36,263 nucleotides of DNA from a virus (lineage: Duplodnaviria > Caudoviricetes), in the IMG/VR virus record IMGVR_UViG_3300032255_000009, positions 1 to 36,263 of that record. One strand, given 5' to 3'. The position numbers were made by a program, and so were the translations under genes. Position 1 is the stretch's first letter. The number at the start of each line of letters is the position of its first letter. Below the pieces are notes generated by a model. The model was not told the DNA's origin. It did no database searches and saw only the letters and a program-made list of their open reading frames with translations. Of the stretch, positions 17,350-26,365 are shown in pieces.

Positions 17350-18276
17350 TTAGTATGTTTTCTTTATAAATATTTCTATGGCTTCATAATCCTTAATTGC
17401 TTTTTTATATTTACTATAAATTGTTACATCTGCTTTTATTTGTAATTTCCCGTGAAGTTTTTTCGGAATAATGCTTTCATCAAGAGTTACCTTAGTTCTC
17501 TTGTCAACCGTGCCAGGTATTGTTCCAGCCCAGCCTTGTGATAACCTATCCCGATCACTAGCAAAAATCATTACTGTCGCATTAGAAAGGTTTTTCGTCT
17601 TTTCTTTTGGCTTGGGTGCTTCGTATTCTTCTGGTACATGTTTGATAATTTCAGGTGCAATGGTTAATGAGCTGTTCCCATCTATTTGTAAGCTGGCATC
17701 AGGATCAAGTTTTGCTGGTTTAATGATTTTCACGACATCCTTCACCAGTTTCTTTTTATTGGTAGTTGTCGCGGATTCAATAATTGCTTTGAATTCATCA
17801 CTCTTGATATCAAATTCACCAGCACCAAAATTAATAATAGTATTATTGTAGGCTTCAATGTGAGTTGTTGGTTCACCGCTATCTTTGGTGATATACATAA
17901 CCCCAGCACCAATCATGCCAGCAAACAATAATCCCATTAGTGGTTTTAATGCTTTTCTGTCATCACCCGTCATATCACTAAACCCACCTTTTCTAAATTT
18001 TCTAACTGCTTCACGGAACCGATCGTACTCTTCTTGGCCGCCAAAGACAAAATCAATTATTAAGTCTTCGCGTAAACTTCCTGAATACAACTCGTTAACG
18101 TACACATTAACATCTTTAATTTTAACTCCAGGCAACATATCTTCAAGCATTGCCGGTGTACGCTTAACAAGTGATTCAATACCTTGAAGGGATGCTATTA
18201 ACTCTGGAATTGGTACGGGTTCTTTATTGTTATAGTACAGCTCATGATCTACTGCAATTGAATATGTTTGTGCCAT
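17350..18276 (-). CDS. Hypothetical 308-aa accessory protein with central hydrophobic segment
   Basis: Long AT-rich ORF, AAGGGG RBS; LMGLLFAGMIGAGVMYI segment. Confidence 0.8.
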   Translation of the reverse strand: MAQTYSIAVDHELYYNNKEPVPIPELIASLQGIESLVKRTPAMLEDMLPGVKIKDVNVYVNELYSGSLREDLIIDFVFGGQEEYDRFREAVRKFRKGGFSDMTGDDRKALKPLMGLLFAGMIGAGVMYITKDSGEPTTHIEAYNNTIINFGAGEFDIKSDEFKAIIESATTTNKKKLVKDVVKIIKPAKLDPDASLQIDGNSSLTIAPEIIKHVPEEYEAPKPKEKTKNLSNATVMIFASDRDRLSQGWAGTIPGTVDKRTKVTLDESIIPKKLHGKLQIKADVTIYSKYKKAIKDYEAIEIFIKKTY

Positions 18277-18338
18277 TTATAACCCCTTATATATTAATAT
18301 CTATTTTTAATTCTTTTCTTATTGCTTCTGCTGTCATA

Positions 18339-18794
18339 TCAATTATTAGCCGGTGTTATCTGACAAGACAAAACATCAACACCTCCTACCTTTGATTTAT
18401 TGGCTGCAAACCTCACGTCGTTCAACGTTACAAAACTCTCTTTTCCTTCTATTGCAGAATTAGCTACTTCAGCTAGTTGAAACCTTTGCTTATCATTTTT
18501 TGATACCACACCAATATGCCCAAAAGCTAGGCAACGAATAATTGCTTTTGTCGCATCGGTTGATGTGGATATATAAGAAATAATTTGAGACTGATTTTTA
18601 TCGATGGATAAAACGACATTACTTAGACTGGTATTAGCTACCCAAACATTGCCATTGTCCGATTGCTTCCAACCAGTCACCTCAAAAATTCCGTTAGCTC
18701 CAGAGACAAATGCTTTTATTCTTTCTGGTTCGTATGCTGCTGATGCAAAAGTTGGCAATATTGCCAAAAACATCCCAATTATGACTTTCTTCAT
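18339..18794 (-). CDS. Secreted hypothetical protein
   Basis: Signal peptide MKKVIIGMFLAILPTFASA; AAGGTG before ATG 18794. Confidence 0.75.
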   Translation of the reverse strand: MKKVIIGMFLAILPTFASAAYEPERIKAFVSGANGIFEVTGWKQSDNGNVWVANTSLSNVVLSIDKNQSQIISYISTSTDATKAIIRCLAFGHIGVVSKNDKQRFQLAEVANSAIEGKESFVTLNDVRFAANKSKVGGVDVLSCQITPANN

Positions 18795-18814
18795 GAATTT
18801 CACCTTTTCTTATT

Positions 18815-18942
18815 GTTTAAACATCTTCAAAACCCCTTCAAAAACGGCACAGCGCCGATTTCATATCCAGGGTGATAACATCATGGCGGCATGGGGGGTA
18901 TACCGGCCTTAAAACGGCTCTCAGGGCGAAAGTCGTTTTCAG
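18815..18942. other. Putative strong gyrase site (SGS)-like central element
   Basis: Non-coding, phased A/T tracts (CTTCAAAAC twice, 11 bp apart) alternating with GC patches; central location; resembles by recollection Mu-like G-I intergenic elements. Confidence 0.5.
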
Positions 18943-19350
18943 TTAGATTTTTATTAATTCAAAGTCCAGATTAGGCAATACCATATCGACATCATCATAC
19001 TTTGGTGGCAGTTCCAATAGTACGTTGTTGTCGCTATTTGTGTTTTCGACATTCGACTTCGAGCATGAGGTGTTGGTGTTCGTTGTCTTTGTGAAGGTTG
19101 TTTTTTTAAATGGCGAGCCGGTTTGTATTAGCTCGGCTCTTAGCTTTCTATTTTCATAAACCGTGTCGAAAAAGACATTTATGGAAAGGGTTGCAATTGC
19201 ACCAAGCGTTATCCATATAATTGGGTGTCTTGTCTTTACTGCAGGTTGCGGATTATCTAGCTGAGTGAGCACATCACCCACTGAAAGGGATTTTTGTGAT
19301 TCCGCTTTTATTTTTATTTGTTTAAGCCACTGATCCTTTTTTTTGCTCAT
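18943..19350 (-). CDS. Single-pass membrane protein co-transcribed with repressor
   Basis: IIWITLGAIATLSINVFF segment; AGGAG RBS within repressor 3' end. Confidence 0.75.
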   Translation of the reverse strand: MSKKKDQWLKQIKIKAESQKSLSVGDVLTQLDNPQPAVKTRHPIIWITLGAIATLSINVFFDTVYENRKLRAELIQTGSPFKKTTFTKTTNTNTSCSKSNVENTNSDNNVLLELPPKYDDVDMVLPNLDFELIKI

Positions 19351-19849
19351 TCATATCTCCTTCCTGTTTTTCGGATTCATCCGCTAACTTCAGCAAATCA
19401 ATTACATTTGCGCTATCGGGGATTTCGTTTCCATCATCATCACGAATGTGCGGGTAAAGCATTCGGATGACCTTGGCTTTTTTGGCTGGGGAAACCTTTA
19501 GTCCAAGTTCATTAATATATAACTCTACGCAAGCGATGGCAATTTCTAGGGATTCCGGATCAAATGAGTCGAATTCACCATCAACTTCATACTCACCAGA
19601 ATCATCATCGAGCATCATGGGTGTCTTTCCATAAAACAACCAATCCATAGAAATACCTTTTTCGTATGCCCATGTAACAAGCTCTCTATATGGAACTGTT
19701 CCTCGCTTTCGCCACGTAGGGATATTGCTCGATGAAACATTGAGTTCTCGAGCAACAGCAGCATCTCTATGCACACCAGCGAATTCTCGCACACGATCCA
19801 GTAATAAATTTAAAGAATCACTCTCATTTTCAAAGTTATTGCTTGACAA
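19322..19849 (-). CDS. Phage repressor, CI-type HTH without S24 peptidase domain
   Basis: DAAVARELNVSSSNIPTWRKRGTVPY...ISMDWLFYG; divergent from ner; TTG start at 19849 with AAGGAG. Confidence 0.88.
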   Translation of the reverse strand: MSSNNFENESDSLNLLLDRVREFAGVHRDAAVARELNVSSSNIPTWRKRGTVPYRELVTWAYEKGISMDWLFYGKTPMMLDDDSGEYEVDGEFDSFDPESLEIAIACVELYINELGLKVSPAKKAKVIRMLYPHIRDDDGNEIPDSANVIDLLKLADESEKQEGDMNEQKKGSVA

Positions 19850-19870
19850 TGCGAGCTCCTTGTTTAAAAT
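19843..19870 (+). promoter_or_regulatory. Early lytic promoter (Pe-equivalent)
   Basis: TTGACA 19843-19848, 16-bp spacer, TAAAAT 19865-19870, upstream of ner. Confidence 0.7.
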
Positions 19871-19950
19871 GATTGCAGACGCGAACAAATTCGCTCGCAA
19901 ATTCAAATAAAAAGGCCAAAGTTAGCCTTACATATATATAGGTATCCATT

Positions 19951-20199
19951 ATGCACCATGCTGACATCTTCTGCCTCCTGATGAAGAAAAATGTGACGCT
20001 CACCTCTCTAGCTAAAGAAGAAGGCGTTGTCATTAGCGTCGTTAGTGAAGTCATCCGTGGCAAAAAAGCCAGCTTTTCTGTTGCCACAGCCATTGCTGCA
20101 AAAGTGGGCAAAAGCCTCAACACTCTTTGGCCAGGTAAATACAACCATACCCCACGTCCATTACGCCGTCCTTCTGCCCAAACAAAGGCGGCAGCATGA
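19951..20199 (+). CDS. ner: Ner-like HTH regulator
   Basis: MHHADI..L.KK..TL..LA...LWPGKY signature. Confidence 0.88.
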   Translation: MHHADIFCLLMKKNVTLTSLAKEEGVVISVVSEVIRGKKASFSVATAIAAKVGKSLNTLWPGKYNHTPRPLRRPSAQTKAAA

Positions 20200-20622
20200 T
20201 TACTCATCCTTCAGAAAAGGGTTCGGCAAAACAAACGGCCAAACGTCAACGGAACAGGTTCGTAAACTTCGATGAATCTGGTATGCGTCTGCAGCCATTT
20301 GACGATAGCTGCCACCCGGATGTAGATCTGGATCGTCCAGCGCGGTCAAAAACTTTGCTGCAAGCTGAAAGTTCCAATAAGCAGCAAACGCCAGCTTGGT
20401 TTGATTATCTTTCCAATCTTTCTTCTTTGAACGCTGTAAAGGTGTTGCAGCCATGTATTCATTTATATCTTGGTTATGCGCTTCCCGCCATTCGCGAAAC
20501 GCCGAAAGGCCCAGTTCTTTTAATTCGCCTTGCAATGACACTACCTGCTCATCCGTTAAGTCGCCGACAACTTCTTTTGCCAGTTCTCTTGCATTGGCGG
20601 CGTATTTATAAACGTGCTGCAT
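20200..20622 (-). CDS. Hypothetical protein, antisense within early operon
   Basis: AAGGAG RBS, protein-like composition, stop abuts ner stop. Confidence 0.7.
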   Translation of the reverse strand: MQHVYKYAANARELAKEVVGDLTDEQVVSLQGELKELGLSAFREWREAHNQDINEYMAATPLQRSKKKDWKDNQTKLAFAAYWNFQLAAKFLTALDDPDLHPGGSYRQMAADAYQIHRSLRTCSVDVWPFVLPNPFLKDE

Positions 20623-20681
20623 TGTGGTGCTCCTTGTCGTTTTCAGTCAAAAAATAATACCCCCAAACGGAGATTACGTCA

Positions 20682-21161
20682 GTGGAAAATAACGATAAAA
20701 AAATTACCACCATTCAACCTGATTTGTTCCAGCAACTTGGTAACCAAGAACCGGACTACTTATCAGAAAACGCACCTGACCTGGATATCGAACAAGAATT
20801 CATGGGGCAAGTTAAATATGTCTTGCGTCAATCTAAAAAAAGAGGATTGAGTCGAGACCGAATCATTGAACGAATGAACTTATGTTTACCTGAAGAACTT
20901 CACATTACCAAACGTCAACTTGATGCGTGGTGTGCTGAGTCAAAAGAGTATCACCACTTTCCTGCCATTTATTTACCGGCCTTTATCTGGGCAGTCCGAG
21001 GTGTGCTTACCCCGATAGAAGTGTTAACGGGTGCTTTGGATTTGGTGGTGCTAGATGAGCAAGAACAACTCGCTGCTGAGTTGGGTCGGTCAATGCTAAC
21101 CAAAGTTCAGGCTTCAAAAACAGAACGTCTAATTAAAAAGAAATTTGAGTTATACAAATAA
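20682..21161 (+). CDS. Putative phage regulatory protein (HTH-like)
   Basis: GTG start with GGAG; SRDRIIERMN...LDAWCAESKEYHHFPAIYLPAF motif typical of early genes of transposable phages. Confidence 0.7.
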   Translation: MENNDKKITTIQPDLFQQLGNQEPDYLSENAPDLDIEQEFMGQVKYVLRQSKKRGLSRDRIIERMNLCLPEELHITKRQLDAWCAESKEYHHFPAIYLPAFIWAVRGVLTPIEVLTGALDLVVLDEQEQLAAELGRSMLTKVQASKTERLIKKKFELYK

Positions 21162-21185
21162 ACATTATCAAGGAGAAAATAACAA

Positions 21186-21464
21186 ATGAATTTAAAAAAA
21201 GAAGAATTAAGAATTAACTATCTAAACGTAATGCTTAATACGCTTACTTATATTACACAGCCAACAAAGAAAGGGGACGAAAGAACAGTTGATAAGTCCG
21301 CGCTGAAATTAATTGAAGCATGTGAAAAAGAAGGTCAGGTGATCGGAGTCGAACTTGTACATCTCACGATAGCGGCTCGCGACTTAAAAGACTTTGTTTC
21401 TGAACTAGTTAAATCGGTTGACACTATAACAGTTCCTGATTGTCGTAAAGGAGAAACACACTAA
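21186..21464 (+). CDS. Hypothetical protein
   Basis: AAGGAG RBS; TAATG coupling to next gene. Confidence 0.7.
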   Translation: MNLKKEELRINYLNVMLNTLTYITQPTKKGDERTVDKSALKLIEACEKEGQVIGVELVHLTIAARDLKDFVSELVKSVDTITVPDCRKGETH

Positions 21465-22456
21465 TGAATAAAAGTTTAAAAAATATTCCATCACACATTG
21501 TAAAGTTTATTGGTGGTTTAGAGCTTAAGCCTATTTCTGAAGTAATGAAGTTGTCTGATGAAGAGCGGTTTAATCATGCAGCTATAGGTCATCAATTAGA
21601 GTTGGCAGGTATTTTATACAAAGGATTTTCACTGTTAGGGCTAAAAGAAAATCTTGGTCATGGTGAATATATGTCTGCTTTGGCGAAACGAGGCATGGGT
21701 AAGGATGAAGCTTGGAAGGCGACAAATCTAGCCGTTTTAAGCACCCGTGTAAGCGCGCCAAATTTCGCAGCGCTGCGAAATTTGTCACCTACAAAGCTAG
21801 GGATGATGGCCAAGTGGGATGATGATGAACTAGATGCCTTTTTCTCTGGACAGGAAGTCAGAGGCATTACTTATGATGACGCTATTACTTACCCTACCAG
21901 AGAAATGGATCGCCGCATCAAGGCATCTCAAACCAGCAACAACGAACTTGAACAGAAAATCGAAAAACAAAATATTGCTCTTGCCAAAGCCGAAGAGGAA
22001 ATTCGTCTCTATAAGAAAAGTAAAAATTCAATAGAAGGTTTTGATTATCCACCTTCGGTTGAGCGTGTGCGAATTGAAAGTTCTGTATTAGGCAGTCAAG
22101 CCATTCAATGCCTTGATGACATGGAACAGTTCATGGTTGAACTCACTCAGGCTTCCGATTTAAACAGAGACAAGAAAAAACAGGAGGCTGAATTCTCAGC
22201 CGGCGCATGCACTTTATATATCAACCTTAAATCGGTTTATAGCAAAGCTTCTTACTTATTAAAGTGGTTTGAAGAAACCGTTGGTGATGACTATATGCCA
22301 ACCGATCCTATTGACACCCCGTTGCTTACCCAAGAAGAAGCCATGCAGATTTTTAACATGCGTGAAGTAATGCTGATTGAACACGGCATGGAAAAACAAG
22401 CCCGTGAAAGCCAGCGTAAAAGTAATCGCCGCAAAAATAAAAAGGCTAAGAAATGA
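21464..22456 (+). CDS. DUF3102-like protein with coiled coil, coupled to transposase
   Basis: G..LL.LKE.LGHGEY motif; directly upstream of transposase (ATGA overlap). Confidence 0.72.
   Translation: MNKSLKNIPSHIVKFIGGLELKPISEVMKLSDEERFNHAAIGHQLELAGILYKGFSLLGLKENLGHGEYMSALAKRGMGKDEAWKATNLAVLSTRVSAPNFAALRNLSPTKLGMMAKWDDDELDAFFSGQEVRGITYDDAITYPTREMDRRIKASQTSNNELEQKIEKQNIALAKAEEEIRLYKKSKNSIEGFDYPPSVERVRIESSVLGSQAIQCLDDMEQFMVELTQASDLNRDKKKQEAEFSAGACTLYINLKSVYSKASYLLKWFEETVGDDYMPTDPIDTPLLTQEEAMQIFNMREVMLIEHGMEKQARESQRKSNRRKNKKAKK
21759..21784. repeat. Perfect 26-bp intragenic palindrome
   Basis: CAAATTTCGCAGC|GCTGCGAAATTTG; encodes NFAALRNL on both strands. Confidence 0.95.
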
Positions 22457-24141
22457 AATCTATACCAAAGCTTAAAGTCGTGAGTGAGAGTACAGAGCTT
22501 GTGACTGCGAAAGATGCATGGCAAAGGCTGCCTGCTGCCAAGCGTCAACTGGCAACCGATCGTGGACGAATTGTAACCGAGGCAAGGCGTATTTCTGAAT
22601 CGGAAGGTCGTGCCTTGCGTGATGCAATTGAATTAATGCTACTACGCATGAAGGCAGAGGAAGATATTGATACCGGCCTTATTAAGGTGGCTAAAGCTCT
22701 GGGTAAAAAAGGAAAGCTGCCCAGCCTTTCAACCATTACCCGCTGGGTCAGTGGCTTTGACAAACATGGCTTGATTGGCTTAGCGCCTAAACATAAAGGC
22801 AGTGAACAACAAGTGTATGGCTGGGAAGCGCGAGCCATGCACCTTTATAACAAACCGAGCAAGCCAGCTATTAATGCTGTAGCGCGAAAGCTAATGTCAG
22901 AGAACTGGGAAAACGTGTCCTATGATCGTGCTTACCGTTTCCTTAAATCTTTACCGGCACAACTCGGTGATAAGAGCAAAGGCCGAATGGGCGACCGCCT
23001 CTTTGTTAACACACAAAAATCATTTGTTCGTCGCAGCACTGAAAACTTACCAGTTGGCGATACCTTTCAAGGTGATGGTCACACATTAGATCTTTATTTA
23101 AAACATCCGACGGGTAAGAAACCGTGGCGTGCTGAATTGACTCTCTGGCTAGATGTGGCGAGTCGTTATGTTGTCGGATGGTTTTTGAGTGATGCTGAAA
23201 GTGCTCACTCAACACTGTTTGCCTTGAGTCATGCAGTATTGAGCCACAACCATATTCCATCAATATTACACATTGATAATGGTAGCGGTTATAAAAACAA
23301 AATGATGAGTGATGAGTCCACCGGTTTTTATTCACGACTTGGGATCGACATCATGCATTCATTACCTTACAACGCAAAAGGCAAAGGGCATGTCGAACGT
23401 TTCTTCGGCACGATGGAGCGTGACTGCAACAAATGGTTTGATTCTTACTGCGGTGCAGACATGGCCGATGAAGCGATTCAGCTTTTATTAAAGAAGCATA
23501 AAAAAGGTGAAGTTGAATTACCAACCGCTGAGCAGTGGATGGCTAGGTTTAACGACTGGCTGGTTCAATACCATAACAAACCACATGATGGTTTAAACGG
23601 AAAAACACCGGCTGAACTTTGGGCGACACTTGATGCCTTCCCGCTAGAAGAAAACATGCAAAGCAAGGCACTTTTCTGGCCGCAAAAAACACGCATGGTT
23701 AAACGTGAGTCAATTCGATTGGACAACCGTGAATACATGGCACCCGAGCTAGTTCAATACAACAACAAGAATCTCACCGTTGAATACAACATTCATAACG
23801 ATGCTTTTATTCGTGTGCTGGATGATAAAGACCGCTGGATTTGTGATGCCAAACTTATTCAAAAAGCAGACTACATGCCTGCATCTCGTCTTGTTGAAGC
23901 CCGCATGAATAAAGAGAAGAAAGCGGTTAAACGTCTGGAAGTTCACGTTCAAGAGCAACATGATCGTGCGGGTTTATCTATTACCCACGATCAAATTATT
24001 GATGATGTTGAAATGCTTGATCACCAATGTGATTCAACGTTGTTAGAAAAGACAACGGGAACCGAAGTTCCCGTTGATATCAACCTCGGTGTGCGAACCG
24101 AAGATGATATTGATTTTACAGATACCAGCTACCTGGATTAA
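22453..24141 (+). CDS. Transposase (MuA-like DDE)
   Basis: GDGHTLD, HIDNGSGY, KGHVERFF catalytic triad; YHNKPH; Mu-transposase-type C-terminus. Confidence 0.95.
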   Translation: MKSIPKLKVVSESTELVTAKDAWQRLPAAKRQLATDRGRIVTEARRISESEGRALRDAIELMLLRMKAEEDIDTGLIKVAKALGKKGKLPSLSTITRWVSGFDKHGLIGLAPKHKGSEQQVYGWEARAMHLYNKPSKPAINAVARKLMSENWENVSYDRAYRFLKSLPAQLGDKSKGRMGDRLFVNTQKSFVRRSTENLPVGDTFQGDGHTLDLYLKHPTGKKPWRAELTLWLDVASRYVVGWFLSDAESAHSTLFALSHAVLSHNHIPSILHIDNGSGYKNKMMSDESTGFYSRLGIDIMHSLPYNAKGKGHVERFFGTMERDCNKWFDSYCGADMADEAIQLLLKKHKKGEVELPTAEQWMARFNDWLVQYHNKPHDGLNGKTPAELWATLDAFPLEENMQSKALFWPQKTRMVKRESIRLDNREYMAPELVQYNNKNLTVEYNIHNDAFIRVLDDKDRWICDAKLIQKADYMPASRLVEARMNKEKKAVKRLEVHVQEQHDRAGLSITHDQIIDDVEMLDHQCDSTLLEKTTGTEVPVDINLGVRTEDDIDFTDTSYLD

Positions 24142-24170
24142 CAACAAAACCAACAAGAGGATTATATCAG

Positions 24171-25229
24171 ATGAGTCAAACAACGGCCATACAGCACCAA
24201 CAAAGCACGCAGGAATATCCTGAAACATGTCATGCCAGTTACACTGAGAGCGACATCACAAATGTGCATAGCATTGTGGACTGGATTAATGATGGTCAAC
24301 ATCATGAGCCCGGCTATAAAAATCAACGTTCGCAAACTAAATTAAGCAAAGCAGCTAAAGTTAATGACTCCACATTGAATACGATTCTTCGTGGGAAGTA
24401 TGTGAGCTCTCCAACCAAGTTCATAAAAAAAATGTTGGACGCTATTCGTCGCTGGGATATGCGTGAGGAAGAAGGTGTACATGACTGCGCCTTTGTTGAA
24501 ACGTCGGTTTATCGTACTGGCATAGCAGCGTGTAAGCGTGCCCACCTATACCGCAGTTTTGCTGTATTGAGTGCTTTCGTTGGTACCGGTAAAACGCGCA
24601 CATTAAAATACTACGCTGCTAACAATTCCAATGTTGTTTTAATTGAAGCAACGCCAGACATGAATGCCTCTGTTCTGGTCACCGAGCTAGTTCAACAAAC
24701 AGGTGCAGTGGTTCATAAAACAAATAGATATTCTGCGGGTACTAAAGCAGAAAAAACTGCAGCGATTATCCAGGCTTTAAAGGGTACTGATAGTTTATTG
24801 ATATTAGACGAAGCAGAAACAGTGAGTACGGCCACGCTGGAATACGTGCGGCGCATAAGTGATAAAGCCAACATCGGTGTTGTTTTATCCGGCACTGAAA
24901 AACTTCAACCGCTCATTAAAGACCCTCAAGGTAGATTTGGACAAATCAGTTCACGAGTTTGTTTCTGGCCGCCTGTTATTAAAGGCATCACGCAAGATGA
25001 TTCTAATGCGTTAGCAACGGCCGCATTAAGTGATTTTGATGTAGAACTCTCTGAAGAAGTACTCGATGCCTTTTGGCAGATGTGCGATGGCTCTGCCCGT
25101 GTGCTTGTCTCGGCACTTATTCCCGGCATTAAAGATTACGGTTTAAAAAAGAAAAAAGAACTCACGCCAGAACTTATTTTTAAAGTCGGCCAGGAATTAC
25201 TTGGCTTCAAAAAATCACGGAGGATTTAA
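24171..25229 (+). CDS. Transposition ATPase (MuB-like AAA+)
   Basis: N-terminal HTH, Walker A VGTGKT, Walker B LLILDEAE, QISSRV. Confidence 0.92.
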   Translation: MSQTTAIQHQQSTQEYPETCHASYTESDITNVHSIVDWINDGQHHEPGYKNQRSQTKLSKAAKVNDSTLNTILRGKYVSSPTKFIKKMLDAIRRWDMREEEGVHDCAFVETSVYRTGIAACKRAHLYRSFAVLSAFVGTGKTRTLKYYAANNSNVVLIEATPDMNASVLVTELVQQTGAVVHKTNRYSAGTKAEKTAAIIQALKGTDSLLILDEAETVSTATLEYVRRISDKANIGVVLSGTEKLQPLIKDPQGRFGQISSRVCFWPPVIKGITQDDSNALATAALSDFDVELSEEVLDAFWQMCDGSARVLVSALIPGIKDYGLKKKKELTPELIFKVGQELLGFKKSRRI

Positions 25230-25588
25230 TGATGCAAACATATAGCGATGAATACATTGAATACTGGGCAGATATTTATTTGCAATATGAAATATCTAAA
25301 AAGTTCATTTACTTTGAGGCTTTCTTGCAAGATCCAGAAAGTATTTTATATGCAGTTAAATCAACTGATGCGTTACTTGCTGCTGTTGATGAACTAGATA
25401 CGTTGCTTCCTGGTCATGAAGACATTGATGAGGCAGAAGCGATGCAAGAAGAAATGGAATCTGCTTATGAGCGGCAGGGGCATGTTCTTGAAATGCAGGG
25501 TGATAAAACAATTGAAAAATTCCATCATCATGATCCTGCTAAAAAGTGGAAAACAAACACGGGCAACAAATCAAGGAGAGCATCATGA
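25229..25588 (+). CDS. Hypothetical acidic protein
   Basis: GGAGG RBS, coupled to B gene. Confidence 0.72.
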   Translation: MMQTYSDEYIEYWADIYLQYEISKKFIYFEAFLQDPESILYAVKSTDALLAAVDELDTLLPGHEDIDEAEAMQEEMESAYERQGHVLEMQGDKTIEKFHHHDPAKKWKTNTGNKSRRAS

Positions 25589-25773
25589 GCGAGTCCATTG
25601 GTTATTGTGAGTGCTGCGGTTTAATGGAGCATCACCGCATTGAAGGGTTGTGCCCTGGGTGCATTAAAAAAGCTGTGAACTTCAACGAGCTAAAAGATGA
25701 TTTTCCCTTAGGTGTTGAGGCAGCAGACGTTTCAACAATTGATGGTTTTAAAGGAGCCGATCATGGAAGCTAG
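25585..25773 (+). CDS. Small Cys-rich (zinc-finger-like) protein
   Basis: CECCG...CPGC; ATGA overlap at 25585. Confidence 0.7.
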   Translation: MSESIGYCECCGLMEHHRIEGLCPGCIKKAVNFNELKDDFPLGVEAADVSTIDGFKGADHGS

Positions 25774-26365
25774 TGTTGAAACGCATTCTGGCCGCATAGT
25801 GCATTTTTTGTCGCCGCAAATTGATCAAATTGCATTTGCTGATATTGCCTGGGCGCTGTCTCGCGCACCACGTTATAACGGTCATACTCACGGTGAGCAC
25901 CCATACTCTGTTGCGCAGCACTCGGTGTGGGTAGCCTTTATTGCTCAACATTTTCTTAATGCGAATAAAGAAACAACACTACAAGCTTTATTTCATGATG
26001 CCCATGAAGCCTATACCGGCGACATAGCAACCCCACTAAAATCAATACCCGGTATTTTGGAAAACATTAAGCCTATTGAACAACGCTTACAACACGCTAT
26101 ACATTCTGCGCTTTCAATTTCAGAACCAACCGAGCCTGACTTAATTACCATTAAACAGGCAGATCAAATTGCGCTGGCAGTCGAGGCACATCATTTAATG
26201 TATTCCAATGGTAATGGGTGGGCTTGTAAAGACGATGTGCCCGAAGAACTCTATGGTTTTTTTTGGCGAACACTACCCGCTCAAGAGGCACATGAATTAT
26301 TTTGGATGGCAAAAAATTATATCGACCGTGGTTTTAAACTGGAGGAACTATGGCGCTCTATTTAA
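25763..26365 (+). CDS. HD-domain phosphohydrolase (YfdR/YfbR-like)
   Basis: DIAWALS..RYNGH, YSVAQHS, LFHDAHEAYTGDIATPLK, IKQAD. Confidence 0.9.
   Translation: MEASVETHSGRIVHFLSPQIDQIAFADIAWALSRAPRYNGHTHGEHPYSVAQHSVWVAFIAQHFLNANKETTLQALFHDAHEAYTGDIATPLKSIPGILENIKPIEQRLQHAIHSALSISEPTEPDLITIKQADQIALAVEAHHLMYSNGNGWACKDDVPEELYGFFWRTLPAQEAHELFWMAKNYIDRGFKLEELWRSI

Noticed and set aside
19866-19875. AAAATGATTG identical to part of the end repeat, within the early promoter
   Set aside because: A 10-bp AT-rich match to an 18-mer is plausible by chance in 36 kb; not enough to call an enhancer
20196-20657. 153-aa plus-strand ORF overlapping ner stop (ATGA)
   Set aside because: Composition looks non-coding and the opposite-strand ORF has a strong SD; not fully excluded
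25763-26365. Z-genome (2-aminoadenine) pathway
   Set aside because: No PurZ, MazZ or polymerase; an adenine methylase is present
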